Origin: Chloroflexota bacterium | Lineage (GTDB): Bacteria > Chloroflexota > Anaerolineae > Anaerolineales > Villigracilaceae | Assembly (NCBI GenBank): GCA_016866215.1 | Contig: VGNE01000006.1 | Coordinates: 36,631-100,630 of the forward strand | DNA length: 64,000 nucleotides | Direction of reading: 5' to 3' | Shown here: positions 27,948-37,929 of the stretch, piece after piece | How positions within the stretch are numbered: position 1 is the first letter of the stretch | Layout of the letters: each line of letters starts with the position of its first letter | Position numbers and translations under genes: made by a program | Notes under the pieces: model-generated | The model's input: only the letters and a program-made list of their open reading frames with translations | What the model was told of the DNA's origin: nothing | Database searches by the model: none

Positions 27948-28898
27948 TTATTTGCTTGACCATCTCGCATAGACCGCCTGTGAAAGCAGGCGGTTTGCGC
28001 TTGTTTCGCGGATGACCAATTCGCCGCTGTCAATTTCCCCATTATATATTTTCATCATTTCATCAAGCACCTGCGCCACATGAATGGCAGATGCGCGCAC
28101 TGCATAGACGGTGACAATCACAAAAAGTGGATTGTCGCTTAGACAGGCGCGGCACAGATCTAATAAATTGGGCAGGGATTTATACACTTCCCACACTTCG
28201 CCTTTGGGCCCGCGTCCGAATTTTGGCGGATCAAGAATGATGCCGTCATATTTCACACCCCGTTTTGCTTCGCGTTGGACATATTTTACAGCGTCCTCCA
28301 CGATCCAGCGGATGGGCTTGTCACTTAAACCTGAGAGTGCCTGATTCTCTCGCGCCCAACTCACGGATTTTTTGGAAGCGTCCACATGAGTCACTTGCGC
28401 GCCAGCCGTCGCCGCCGCGAGAGTAGCCAAACCTGTGTAACCAAATAGGTTGAGAATATTCGGTTGGCCCCTTCGACTACGCTCAGGGTGAAGTCCTGCC
28501 TTTCGGATGGAATTAGCCATAAAGTTCCAATGAGAGGCGACTTCAGGAAACACACCGAGGTGACGGCCTGGTGTGGTCATCGCCCAAAAGCGTAATTGCC
28601 CCTCTCCCTTAAGGAGAGGGGTTGATGAGGTGAGGGGATATTTCATCTCCCATTTTTCATCCATTTGTTTCTTAAAATCCCAATGACCGCCGCTTTCCTC
28701 AGCCGATGCCTGAAACACAGCGTGGACATTATTCCATTCGGATGCGGGCAATGCGCGACTCCACATGGCTTGGGGTTCGGGTCGTGAGAAAATATATTTT
28801 CCGAAGCGCTCCAGTTTCGAGCCGTCGCCAGAATCAAGCAATTCATAATCTTTCCAGGCGGAGGCTTCGAGTAGTGAAAAAACAGGGGATTTTTGCAT
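27948..28898 (-). CDS. Class I SAM-dependent methyltransferase (RlmI-like catalytic domain family)
   Basis: NLFGYTGLATLAAATAGAQVTHVDASKKSVSWARENQALSGL...IILDPPKFGRGPKGEVW matches the Methyltrans_SAM type. It contains two in-frame repeat-derived inserts. Confidence 0.8.
   Translation of the reverse strand: MQKSPVFSLLEASAWKDYELLDSGDGSKLERFGKYIFSRPEPQAMWSRALPASEWNNVHAVFQASAEESGGHWDFKKQMDEKWEMKYPLTSSTPLLKGEGQLRFWAMTTPGRHLGVFPEVASHWNFMANSIRKAGLHPERSRRGQPNILNLFGYTGLATLAAATAGAQVTHVDASKKSVSWARENQALSGLSDKPIRWIVEDAVKYVQREAKRGVKYDGIILDPPKFGRGPKGEVWEVYKSLPNLLDLCRACLSDNPLFVIVTVYAVRASAIHVAQVLDEMMKIYNGEIDSGELVIRETSANRLLSQAVYARWSSK
28599..28637. repeat. Palindromic repeat embedded in frame in the methyltransferase ORF
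   Basis: CCCCTCTCCCTTAAGGAGAGGGGTTGATGAGGTGAGGGG. Its reverse complement matches the intergenic element at 20181-20213. It translates as PLTSSTPLLKGEG. Confidence 0.75.
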
Positions 28899-28949
28899 GG
28901 ATATTATTGGACTGTCTTACAAATGGGTTGAAATGACCAGTTTCCCCAC

Positions 28950-29002
28950 TTGATTTTTTGCCACAAACCTGTATAATGTGGGAACAAGTGGTAAGAAGTG
29001 GT
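28950..29002 (+). promoter_or_regulatory. dcw (Pmra-like) promoter with three MraZ-box direct repeats
   Basis: TTGATT (28950-28955), a 16-nt spacer, then TATAAT (28972-28977). This is followed by GTGGG (28978), GTGGT (28988) and GTGGT (28998) at exact 10-bp spacing, and then by the hairpin GACGCCGGG-at-CCCGGCGT. Confidence 0.5.
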
Positions 29003-29054
29003 AAGGACGCCGGGATGCCCGGCGTTCAACGCATTAAAAGGATAAGTAGCACAA

Positions 29055-29501
29055 ATGTTCTTGGGTCAATACCAACACAACCTCGATGACAAGGGACGCC
29101 TGATGATCCCGGCGCGCTTCCGTCAGTTGTTGGATGGCGACGCCTTCATTACGCAGGGCTTTGATAAATGTCTCATGGTGATGACAGGATCTTATTTCAA
29201 ACAGGTCTATGAGCGAATCGAAGCCATGAACCTTGCGGACCCAACCGCGCGCCTCTTGCGCCGCTTGATTTTATCCAATGCTTACCCTGTGGAGGTGGAT
29301 AAGATCGGGCGCATGCTTGTGCCGCAAAACCTGCGTACCTTCCTCGCGATTGAGAATGGTGAACTGGTGGTGGCAGGGCAGGGCGAATATTTCGAGGTGT
29401 GGATGCCTGCTCTTTGGAGCGAACAAATGACTCAATTGCAGGATACCGAAGCCAACAAAGCGCGCTTCTCCACGCTCGATCTTTCTAAGACACAATCGTA
29501 G
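29055..29501 (+). CDS. mraZ: Transcriptional regulator MraZ
   Basis: MFLGQYQHNLDDKGRLMIPARFR..., two SpoVT/AbrB-like halves, first gene of the dcw cluster. Confidence 0.9.
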   Translation: MFLGQYQHNLDDKGRLMIPARFRQLLDGDAFITQGFDKCLMVMTGSYFKQVYERIEAMNLADPTARLLRRLILSNAYPVEVDKIGRMLVPQNLRTFLAIENGELVVAGQGEYFEVWMPALWSEQMTQLQDTEANKARFSTLDLSKTQS

Positions 29502-29582
29502 CGGCGACTCTTATTCTTGCCCATACAGGGCAGGCACACCCACAGGGTGCTTCGCGAAGACCTGCCCCTGCGAACAAACACG

Positions 29583-30497
<915 letters not shown>

Positions 30498-30565
30498 TGG
30501 TTTGTTGGTGGTCGAGTAGCCCCGCATGTTTTCGCGGGGCGTATCGAGAACACATAAGAAAAAAA

Positions 30566-31033
30566 ATGAACATACCGAACGTAAATCACTACATCCACGC
30601 ATATAAAATTGCTCCCTGGCGTATTCAACGCCAGTGGATCGGTAACGTGTTGCTTGCTGTGGTTGCGCTTGCCATGGTTGCCGCACTTTATCTCAATATT
30701 ACATCGCGAACCGCAATTGCCGGGCGCGAGATCCAAGACCTGACCTATTCAATCACTGTCAGCCAGCAGGTGAGCGGAGATCTGCAAACACAGCTCGCTT
30801 CGTTAACCTCTGCCAGCGCAATGGACCACCGCGCGCGCGAACTTGGTTTCCGCCCCATGGAAACGGATGAAATGGAATATCTGATTGTGCCGGGGTATTC
30901 CGCGCCTCAACCGTATATTTTAGTGTCCGCGCCGCACCTGCAATTGAGCGCTCTGACCATTCCACCGCAATATAATCAGTCATTGTTGGATTGGATGGAT
31001 GAAAAAATATCACCCTCCCGAGGTCAGCAATGA
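30566..31033 (+). CDS. FtsL-like bitopic cell-division protein
   Basis: A single TM (VLLAVVALAMVAALYL) followed by a coiled coil, in the position between rsmH and the PBP gene. The sequence itself is not diagnostic. Confidence 0.55.
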   Translation: MNIPNVNHYIHAYKIAPWRIQRQWIGNVLLAVVALAMVAALYLNITSRTAIAGREIQDLTYSITVSQQVSGDLQTQLASLTSASAMDHRARELGFRPMETDEMEYLIVPGYSAPQPYILVSAPHLQLSALTIPPQYNQSLLDWMDEKISPSRGQQ

Positions 31034-32778
31034 GACAGCAATATGCGCGCCGTACTCAGGCCCTGGCTGCTGTGATGGGATTTATTGCGTTTGCCATTAT
31101 TGTGCAAATAACACGGATTCAAAACAGCGCCGAAGCAGATTTCTTTCGTCAGCAGGCCGAGAACTATGCTTATGTTCTGCATACCTTTTACCCGGACCGC
31201 GGCGAGATTTATGACCGCAATGGCCGTTTGTTGGCGGGGAATAAAACCGTGTATGAGATCGGTGTTGATCTGAGCACCGTGAAGGATGCTCATGCGATTG
31301 CATTTGCAGTCAGCTCAGAACTTGGCATGGATTACGATAAGATGATCAATGAAATTCAAAATCCGCCTGAAGGTCTTTCTTATCTAGTCATTGCGGATTT
31401 TATTGAGGCACAGCCAGTCTTGAACCTTCAAGCGTTGAAGAAAGCCTTGCAAGATCAGTCTCCAGAAGGAACTCGGGGCGGGCTGACTGGACTGCAGTTC
31501 AAATCTCATCCACAACGAAGTTATCCTGAAGACGCGCTAGCATCCAATATCATTGGTTTTGTCAGCCGCGAAGGACGAGGATATTTTGGCATTGAAGAAA
31601 AATATGATACTTTGCTGGCGGGCAACCCCGTGCGGGCCTATGTTCCCACAGACCCGAACAAAGCTTTTGAGATTCAACGCATGCCAGATGGCACCACGCT
31701 CATCTTAACCATTAACCGTGACTTGCAGGCCGCCGCCGAACAGATCCTGGATGAATCCCTGCTGGAGTATGGTGCGCAGGGCGGTACGATCGTCGTGATG
31801 GATCCGCGCAATGGGGAATTGCTTGCGATTGCCGCCTCCCGCCGCATGGATTTAAATCAATTCTGGAATTACGGTGTCATCTATGACCAGGCCAGTGAGT
31901 TCAATCCGGCTGTTTCCAAACCCTATGAACCAGGCTCAGTCACGAAAATCCTGACCATGGCGGCCGCATTGGATAGCGGAACCGTCACGCCTGCTACATC
32001 CTATCTGGATACGGGTTCCATACTCGTCGGCGGCGCCACCATTAAGAACTGGAATCAGAAACCGTGGGGTCTTCAGGATATGACTGGTTGTTTACAACAT
32101 TCGCTCAACGTGTGTATGGCAACACTGTCCTCGCAAATGGGTGCTGGATCTTTTTATAGTTACATGGATCGCTTCGGCTTTGGCCAGCTCACCGGGGTTG
32201 ATATGGCTGGAGAAGCAGAGGGCAGGCTCAAAGTCCCGGGCGATTCGGATTGGTATCCAGTTGACCTCGCTACCAATTCATTTGGCCAGGGCCTCACTGC
32301 CACCCCGATCCAGATGTTGATGGCAGTTTCATCTGTGGCTAACCACGGACGTTCAGTGACTCCACATGCTTTATACGCAATGGTGCGCGACGGCCGCCAA
32401 TACAATGTACCCGCGCAATATGCTGGTTCTCCCATCTCCGAGCAAACTGCAAGAACGCTTTCTGCAATGCTCAGCGTTTCACTTGAAACAGAAGGGTCGC
32501 TTGCGTTGATTCCCGGTTATCGCGTCGCTGGAAAAACAGGCACGGCGCAAATCCCTGTCAATGGATTTTATGACAGTACCCAAACCAATACGTCATTCAT
32601 TGGCTGGGGACCTGTAGATGATCCGCAATTTATGATCTATGTCTGGCTTGAACGACCATCCGCATCCATTTGGGGTTCAGAGACCACTGCGCCTATTTTT
32701 GCCAAAATGGCAAAAAAGACCGTTATCCTGTTGGATATTCCGCCGGACAATATTCGACAACAACTTGTGACAAAATAA
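31030..32778 (+). CDS. ftsI: Class B penicillin-binding protein / peptidoglycan D,D-transpeptidase (FtsI-type)
   Basis: N-terminal TM, dimerisation domain, and transpeptidase motifs SVTK (EPGSVTK), SLN (HSLN) and KTGT (GKTGTAQ). Confidence 0.9.
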   Translation: MRQQYARRTQALAAVMGFIAFAIIVQITRIQNSAEADFFRQQAENYAYVLHTFYPDRGEIYDRNGRLLAGNKTVYEIGVDLSTVKDAHAIAFAVSSELGMDYDKMINEIQNPPEGLSYLVIADFIEAQPVLNLQALKKALQDQSPEGTRGGLTGLQFKSHPQRSYPEDALASNIIGFVSREGRGYFGIEEKYDTLLAGNPVRAYVPTDPNKAFEIQRMPDGTTLILTINRDLQAAAEQILDESLLEYGAQGGTIVVMDPRNGELLAIAASRRMDLNQFWNYGVIYDQASEFNPAVSKPYEPGSVTKILTMAAALDSGTVTPATSYLDTGSILVGGATIKNWNQKPWGLQDMTGCLQHSLNVCMATLSSQMGAGSFYSYMDRFGFGQLTGVDMAGEAEGRLKVPGDSDWYPVDLATNSFGQGLTATPIQMLMAVSSVANHGRSVTPHALYAMVRDGRQYNVPAQYAGSPISEQTARTLSAMLSVSLETEGSLALIPGYRVAGKTGTAQIPVNGFYDSTQTNTSFIGWGPVDDPQFMIYVWLERPSASIWGSETTAPIFAKMAKKTVILLDIPPDNIRQQLVTK

Positions 32779-32779
32779 T

Positions 32780-34201
32780 ATGCTGACACTCGCCGACGTT
32801 CTCGAAGCCCTGACACGCAACACGGTTCGCATTCCGAATGCAACTACGGTCATCACAGAAGCCGCGATAGACTCGCGTCAGATCATCCCCGGTTCGCTCT
32901 TTGTGGCAATCCCCGGGGAAAATGTGGACGGGCATGACTTTATTGCAGATGCGTTCAAGAGGGGGGCGTCTTTTGCTTTAATCCAAAAAGACGTTCCCGC
33001 TTCTTTCCCGACCCTTGACCTGCGTGCCGGTCTATCCACTGATTCGTCCCCCCAGCTTGATTCGCCTCTTTGTCTGCGTGTGGAAAATACGCTCTCAGCC
33101 TTGCAACAGATCGCCCGTTTCTGGCGCCGCAAACTGGATTTGCGTGTTGTCGGCATTACCGGCAGTGTTGGAAAATCCACCACGAAAGAAATGGTTGCCG
33201 AAGTGCTTGGCACACGGTATCGCACACTGCGCAGTCCCGGAAATTTGAATAATGAAATTGGTTTGCCTCTTACCATCTTAAGGCTTGGTCCTGGTTATGA
33301 ACGCGCCGTATTGGAAATGGGATTTTATGTCCCCGGTGAGATCCAATTCCTGTGCGATATTGCCCAGCCTCAAATTGGCGTTGTGACGAATGTAGGCACG
33401 GTTCATGCCGAGCGCGCAGGTTCACAGGAAGCCATTGCGCGCGGTAAAGGTGAATTGATCCAATCCCTTCCGTCCGATGGCGTTGCCATTCTCAACTTTG
33501 ATGATCCCTGGGTTCGCAAAATGGAAGAGAAATCCAAAGCACGCGTTTTCTTCTACGGGCTTTCCCCTGAAGCAGACTTATGGGCTGACCAGATCGAAGG
33601 ACTGGGTTTGGATGGCATTCGCTTCCGCCTGCACTACCAAGGCGAGGTCTTACATTCACATGTCCCCATGATCGGTAGGCACTCGGTTCATACTGCCTTG
33701 CGCGCCGCCTCTGTCGGGTTGAATGATGGCTTAGCCTGGCAGGAAATTTTCGAAGGCCTTTCACATGGACACGCGCAATTACGCCTCGTGGCTGTCCGCA
33801 GTAAAACAGGCGCATTGATCCTTGATGATACCTACAATGCCTCACCAGAATCCATGTTAGCCGCATTGAATCTGTTGGATGAAATGGATGGGCGTAAGAT
33901 CGCTGTTTTGGGAGATATGCTTGAGTTGGGTCAGTATGAAAAACAAGGGCATGAGATCGTAGGGATGCGCGCCGCTCAGGTGGCGAAAGTTTTGCTTATA
34001 CTCGGCCCCCGCGGACACATGATTGCAGACGCGGCACAGCGTGCAGGAATGAAATCGGCACAGATTTTAGAATTTGAAAAACCAGAATTAGTTGTGGATT
34101 GGTTGAATCAGAATCTTACCTCAACCGATACGGTGCTTATCAAAGGCTCTCACGGTTTGCGCATGGACCGTATCACCGCAGCCCTGGAGGTCAGCTCATG
34201 A
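32780..34201 (+). CDS. murF: UDP-N-acetylmuramoyl-tripeptide--D-alanyl-D-alanine ligase
   Basis: Mur ligase with P-loop GITGSVGKSTTKEM and a DDTYNASPESM C-domain; position before mraY. Confidence 0.9.
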   Translation: MLTLADVLEALTRNTVRIPNATTVITEAAIDSRQIIPGSLFVAIPGENVDGHDFIADAFKRGASFALIQKDVPASFPTLDLRAGLSTDSSPQLDSPLCLRVENTLSALQQIARFWRRKLDLRVVGITGSVGKSTTKEMVAEVLGTRYRTLRSPGNLNNEIGLPLTILRLGPGYERAVLEMGFYVPGEIQFLCDIAQPQIGVVTNVGTVHAERAGSQEAIARGKGELIQSLPSDGVAILNFDDPWVRKMEEKSKARVFFYGLSPEADLWADQIEGLGLDGIRFRLHYQGEVLHSHVPMIGRHSVHTALRAASVGLNDGLAWQEIFEGLSHGHAQLRLVAVRSKTGALILDDTYNASPESMLAALNLLDEMDGRKIAVLGDMLELGQYEKQGHEIVGMRAAQVAKVLLILGPRGHMIADAAQRAGMKSAQILEFEKPELVVDWLNQNLTSTDTVLIKGSHGLRMDRITAALEVSS

Positions 34202-35196
34202 GGCAGATCGCGTTTTCGCTCAGCCTCGCGGGGCTTGCTTTCATCATGACCGCTATTTGGGGTGGACCTTTGCTTCGCATCCTGCGTCATTTCAAAGTTG
34301 GCAAGATCATCCGTGTCGAAGAACCCGATTCGCACCGTGTAAAGATGGGAACCCCCACGATGGGCGGGGTCATGTTCATATTGTCGGTGTTGTTGCTAAG
34401 CGGGCTGTTGAATGCGGTTGCCTTGATCGGTGTCGCCACCAGCGGTGTGGGACGTTCCGTTCTTTTACCAATGGTAGTCATGTTTGGGTATGCGCTGCTC
34501 GGGGCTGTGGATGATTGGGAGGGTATTCGCGGCAAACGCAAAGGCGATGGAATGCGTTCGAGTACCAAGTTTACTTTCCAGGTGCTGCTGGCCATTGGCA
34601 CTGCTTATGTTTTGAAATATGTGATCGATGCACCGGATGTTTACATCCCCGGTTTGTTCTTTGAAGTTGAACTTGGCTGGTTCTATGTGCCGATTGCCGC
34701 ATTCATTATTGTTGCGGAATCAAATGCGATTAACTTTACGGACGGCCTCGATGGGCTGGCTGGCTTGATCGCCGCCACAGCGATCGCAGCGTTTGGGGGT
34801 ATTGCCCTCATCCAGGAACAGGTCTATCTCGCGCGATTTTGCTTTATTCTGGTCGGCGCACTTTTCGGCTTTTTGTGGTTCAACGTACATCCCGCTGAAC
34901 TCATCATGGGAGATACGGGTTCGCTTTCTCTTGGCGCAGTGCTGGCAGTTGTGGCATTGATGACAGGCCAATGGCCCATGTTGTTGATCATTGGCATCAT
35001 CCCGCTTAGCGAAATGTTAAGTGTGGTGATCCAAATTGGTTATTTCAAATGGACGAAAGGCAAGCGTTTTTTTAAAATGGCGCCGATCCATTTGCATTTT
35101 GAGTTACTCGGCTGGAGTGAAACGCAGGTCGTTCAGCGTTTCTGGCTTATCGGTTTGATGGCCGCATTGATCGGAATTGGTTTATCGCAGGTTTAA
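34198..35196 (+). CDS. mraY: Phospho-N-acetylmuramoyl-pentapeptide transferase
   Basis: ATGA overlap with the murF stop. GTPTMGG, NAINFTDGLDGLA, MGDTGSL and KMAPIHLHFE motifs. Confidence 0.95.
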   Translation: MRQIAFSLSLAGLAFIMTAIWGGPLLRILRHFKVGKIIRVEEPDSHRVKMGTPTMGGVMFILSVLLLSGLLNAVALIGVATSGVGRSVLLPMVVMFGYALLGAVDDWEGIRGKRKGDGMRSSTKFTFQVLLAIGTAYVLKYVIDAPDVYIPGLFFEVELGWFYVPIAAFIIVAESNAINFTDGLDGLAGLIAATAIAAFGGIALIQEQVYLARFCFILVGALFGFLWFNVHPAELIMGDTGSLSLGAVLAVVALMTGQWPMLLIIGIIPLSEMLSVVIQIGYFKWTKGKRFFKMAPIHLHFELLGWSETQVVQRFWLIGLMAALIGIGLSQV

Positions 35197-35261
35197 GTGC
35201 GTAATGCGTGATGCGTAATTCGTAATTTACGGATCACGTATCACGCATCACGGATTACGAG
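35197..35261. repeat. Imperfect palindrome built from CGTAAT/CGTGAT hexamers between mraY and murD
   Basis: GTGCGTAATGCGTGATGCGTAATTCGTAATTTACGGATCACGTATCACGCATCACGGATTACGAG. The left and right halves are imperfect reverse complements. Confidence 0.7.
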
Positions 35262-35263
35262 TC

Positions 35264-36682
35264 ATGACTAACTGGAATAACACCCACGTACTTATTTTAG
35301 GAGCCGCCCGCCAGGGACTCGCCCTGGCTCGCTGGCTTTCCCGTCGCGGTTCACACGTGACCTTGAGTGACTCACGCAATGCGGATGAACTCGCCTCCGC
35401 CCGAGCCTCCCTCGCGGATACGAATGTGACATGGGCAGTCGGTGGGCATCGGCTGGAATTGCTTGAAAACGTTGATGTGCTCTGTCTTTCCGGCGGCATC
35501 CCGCTGACATTGCCCATCGTGCAGGCGGCGATCAAGCGTGGCATACCGCTTTCGAACGATACGCAAATTTTCATGGAAGTTGTTCCATGCAAGACAATTG
35601 GCATTACTGGCTCAGCAGGTAAGACAACGACCACGACATTGGTTGGAGAAATGGCGAAAACAGACCATGGACGACAGACCGTTGACCATGCATCGTCAAT
35701 CGTCAATCGTCAATCGTCAATGGTCTATGTCGGCGGCAACATCGGTGATCCTCTAATAAATTATGTAGATGACATGACAGCCGATGACCTCGCCATTCTT
35801 GAGATTTCTTCTTTTCAATTGGAGCAGATGACTATCTCACCAAATATCGCGGCGATTCTAAATATCACGCCCAATCATTTGGATCGCCACGGCATAATGG
35901 AAGCATACACTGCGGCAAAGGCGCGCATTTTGGAATTTCAAACTGAGAAAGACACGGCAATTCTCAGTCACGATGACAAAGGCGCGTGGAGTCTACGCAA
36001 TAAAGTCAAAGGCAGGTTGCTGACGTTCAGCTTGAATGATTTGGATGAAGGTTTAAGCGGCGCATATCTGCACGATGAATTATTGAACCTGCGCGATGGA
36101 AACGCGTACCTGCCTTTGATCCTGCGAGAAAAGATTCAATTGCGCGGTGATCATAATGTAGCGAACGTGCTTGCTGCATTCACGATCGGTCACGCGGCCG
36201 GTTTTAAACTCGACGACATGCTCGAAGCCGTTGAAGAATTTCGCGGCGTACCGCACAGGCTCGAATTCGTCCGCGAATTGCATGGTGTGCGCTGGTACAA
36301 CGACTCGATCGCAACTGCGCCAGAGCGAAGCATGGCGGCCATCCATGCGTTTGATGAACCAATCGTGCTGATGCTTGGCGGGCGTGATAAAGATTTACCC
36401 TGGGATGAACTCGCAAAACTGATTCACGAACGCGTGGATCATGTGGTGCTTTTTGGTGAAGCGGCAGAACTGATCGAGAAAGGCGTAGCAGGTGTCGGCG
36501 GCGGACGAAGCGTTGACCTTCACCGCGCAAATAATCTTAAAGAGGCAGTTTTCATCGCCGCAGAAATTGCAGCAGCTGGAGACATTGTCCTGCTTTCACC
36601 GGGCGGTACAAGTTATGACGCGTTCAGCGATTTTGCTGAGAGAGGAGAAACTTTTAGAAAATGGGTACTGGAACTTTCCTAA
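35264..36682 (+). CDS. murD: UDP-N-acetylmuramoylalanine--D-glutamate ligase
   Basis: N-terminal Rossmann VLILGAARQG, P-loop GITGSAGKTTTTTL, then a ~20-aa extra segment before VGGNIGDPL, and a GGRDKD C-domain. Confidence 0.9.
   Translation: MTNWNNTHVLILGAARQGLALARWLSRRGSHVTLSDSRNADELASARASLADTNVTWAVGGHRLELLENVDVLCLSGGIPLTLPIVQAAIKRGIPLSNDTQIFMEVVPCKTIGITGSAGKTTTTTLVGEMAKTDHGRQTVDHASSIVNRQSSMVYVGGNIGDPLINYVDDMTADDLAILEISSFQLEQMTISPNIAAILNITPNHLDRHGIMEAYTAAKARILEFQTEKDTAILSHDDKGAWSLRNKVKGRLLTFSLNDLDEGLSGAYLHDELLNLRDGNAYLPLILREKIQLRGDHNVANVLAAFTIGHAAGFKLDDMLEAVEEFRGVPHRLEFVRELHGVRWYNDSIATAPERSMAAIHAFDEPIVLMLGGRDKDLPWDELAKLIHERVDHVVLFGEAAELIEKGVAGVGGGRSVDLHRANNLKEAVFIAAEIAAAGDIVLLSPGGTSYDAFSDFAERGETFRKWVLELS
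35692..35719. repeat. (ATCGTCA)x4 heptanucleotide tandem repeat inside murD
   Basis: Four consecutive perfect ATCGTCA units read directly. They translate as part of HASSIVNRQSSMV. The reverse complement resembles the intergenic AGACCATTGACGATGGACAATTGACC at 47596-47621. Confidence 0.9.
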
Positions 36683-37929
36683 ACGAACGACCTGATTTGC
36701 CGAATGTTTCGCGTCGCGCAGTGTTTTTACGCGGCTTCGATATGCCATTGCTTGTCTCTGTGGTGGCATTAATCGTTTTTGGTTTGTTGATGCTTTTTTC
36801 AGCTTCGTGGGATTTCTCGCTCGGCGCGTATGGCGACCCTATGTATATGTTCAATCGTCAGTTGTTGTGGCTAGGGTTTGGATTGGTCATCGCTGTGATT
36901 CTTGCGTTCATTGATTACCATCACTGGCGCAAATTTGTTGTGCCCGCCATGATCCTGACCGTTGGATTATTAATGACCATTTTGTTGATGAACGAAATTC
37001 GTTTTGGTGCAAAGCGCGCGTTCTTCGACGGCTCGGCGCAGCCTTCCGAACTGGCGAAGCTGGTTTCAATTCTTTATCTTAGCGTGTGGCTGTATGCCAA
37101 ACGACAACACTTGCAGGATATTTCCCTCGGCTTGATTCCGCTGGGCGTTATCCTCGGTGTGGTGGGCGGTTTGATCTACCAACAACCTGACCTGAGCGCC
37201 GCGGCGACCGTGCTTATGCTGGGCGGTTTGCTTTTCTTTCTTGCAGGCGGTGATTTGAAGCAGATCGGTGTTTTACTGATCGTTGCCACAGTTGCCGCGT
37301 GGTTGGTTGCCTCTGTAAGCATAACGGGACAACAACGCGTAGAAGATTTTCTCGCGGGCATCAAAGATCCGTTGCAGGCTTCTTATCATGTACGTCGTTC
37401 CTTTGAAGCGATAGTCAACGGCGGGTGGTTTGGCGTTGGTTTGGGTCAGTCAAAATCGAAACTCACAGGTTTGCCCGTGCCTCCAACGGATAGCGTGTTC
37501 GCTGTGGTCGTGGAAGAACTTGGTTGGATTGGTTCTGTGGCGCTGATCGCTTTATATGGTTTTCTGGTCTGGCGCGGTTTGGTCATTGCCCGCCGCGCTC
37601 CAGATATGCTTGGGACTCTTCTCGCTTCAGGTCTCGTGATATGGATTGCTTTTGAAGTATTGCTCAACATGGCGGTGATAGTAGGTCTCCTGCCATTTGC
37701 AGGCAACGCATTACCTTTTATTAGCGCGGGCGGATCTAACCTGGTTGCCACACTTGCCGCGCTCGGCATTCTCTTTAATATTTCCCGCCAAACAGGCGAA
37801 GGTGCGATTTCCGATGACGAATGGAGGTCTTATAGTGCGGTTGCTAATTTGCGCTGGTGGAACGGGCGGCGGAGTGTATCCCGCGCTCGCCGTTCACAAC
37901 GCGCTAACCAGTCAACATCCCAACGTTGA
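36661..37929 (+). CDS. ftsW: SEDS-family peptidoglycan polymerase FtsW
   Basis: 422 aa, ~10 TMs, PSELAKL and PVPPTDSVFAVVVEELG motifs; position between murD and murG. Confidence 0.9.
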   Translation: MGTGTFLNERPDLPNVSRRAVFLRGFDMPLLVSVVALIVFGLLMLFSASWDFSLGAYGDPMYMFNRQLLWLGFGLVIAVILAFIDYHHWRKFVVPAMILTVGLLMTILLMNEIRFGAKRAFFDGSAQPSELAKLVSILYLSVWLYAKRQHLQDISLGLIPLGVILGVVGGLIYQQPDLSAAATVLMLGGLLFFLAGGDLKQIGVLLIVATVAAWLVASVSITGQQRVEDFLAGIKDPLQASYHVRRSFEAIVNGGWFGVGLGQSKSKLTGLPVPPTDSVFAVVVEELGWIGSVALIALYGFLVWRGLVIARRAPDMLGTLLASGLVIWIAFEVLLNMAVIVGLLPFAGNALPFISAGGSNLVATLAALGILFNISRQTGEGAISDDEWRSYSAVANLRWWNGRRSVSRARRSQRANQSTSQR

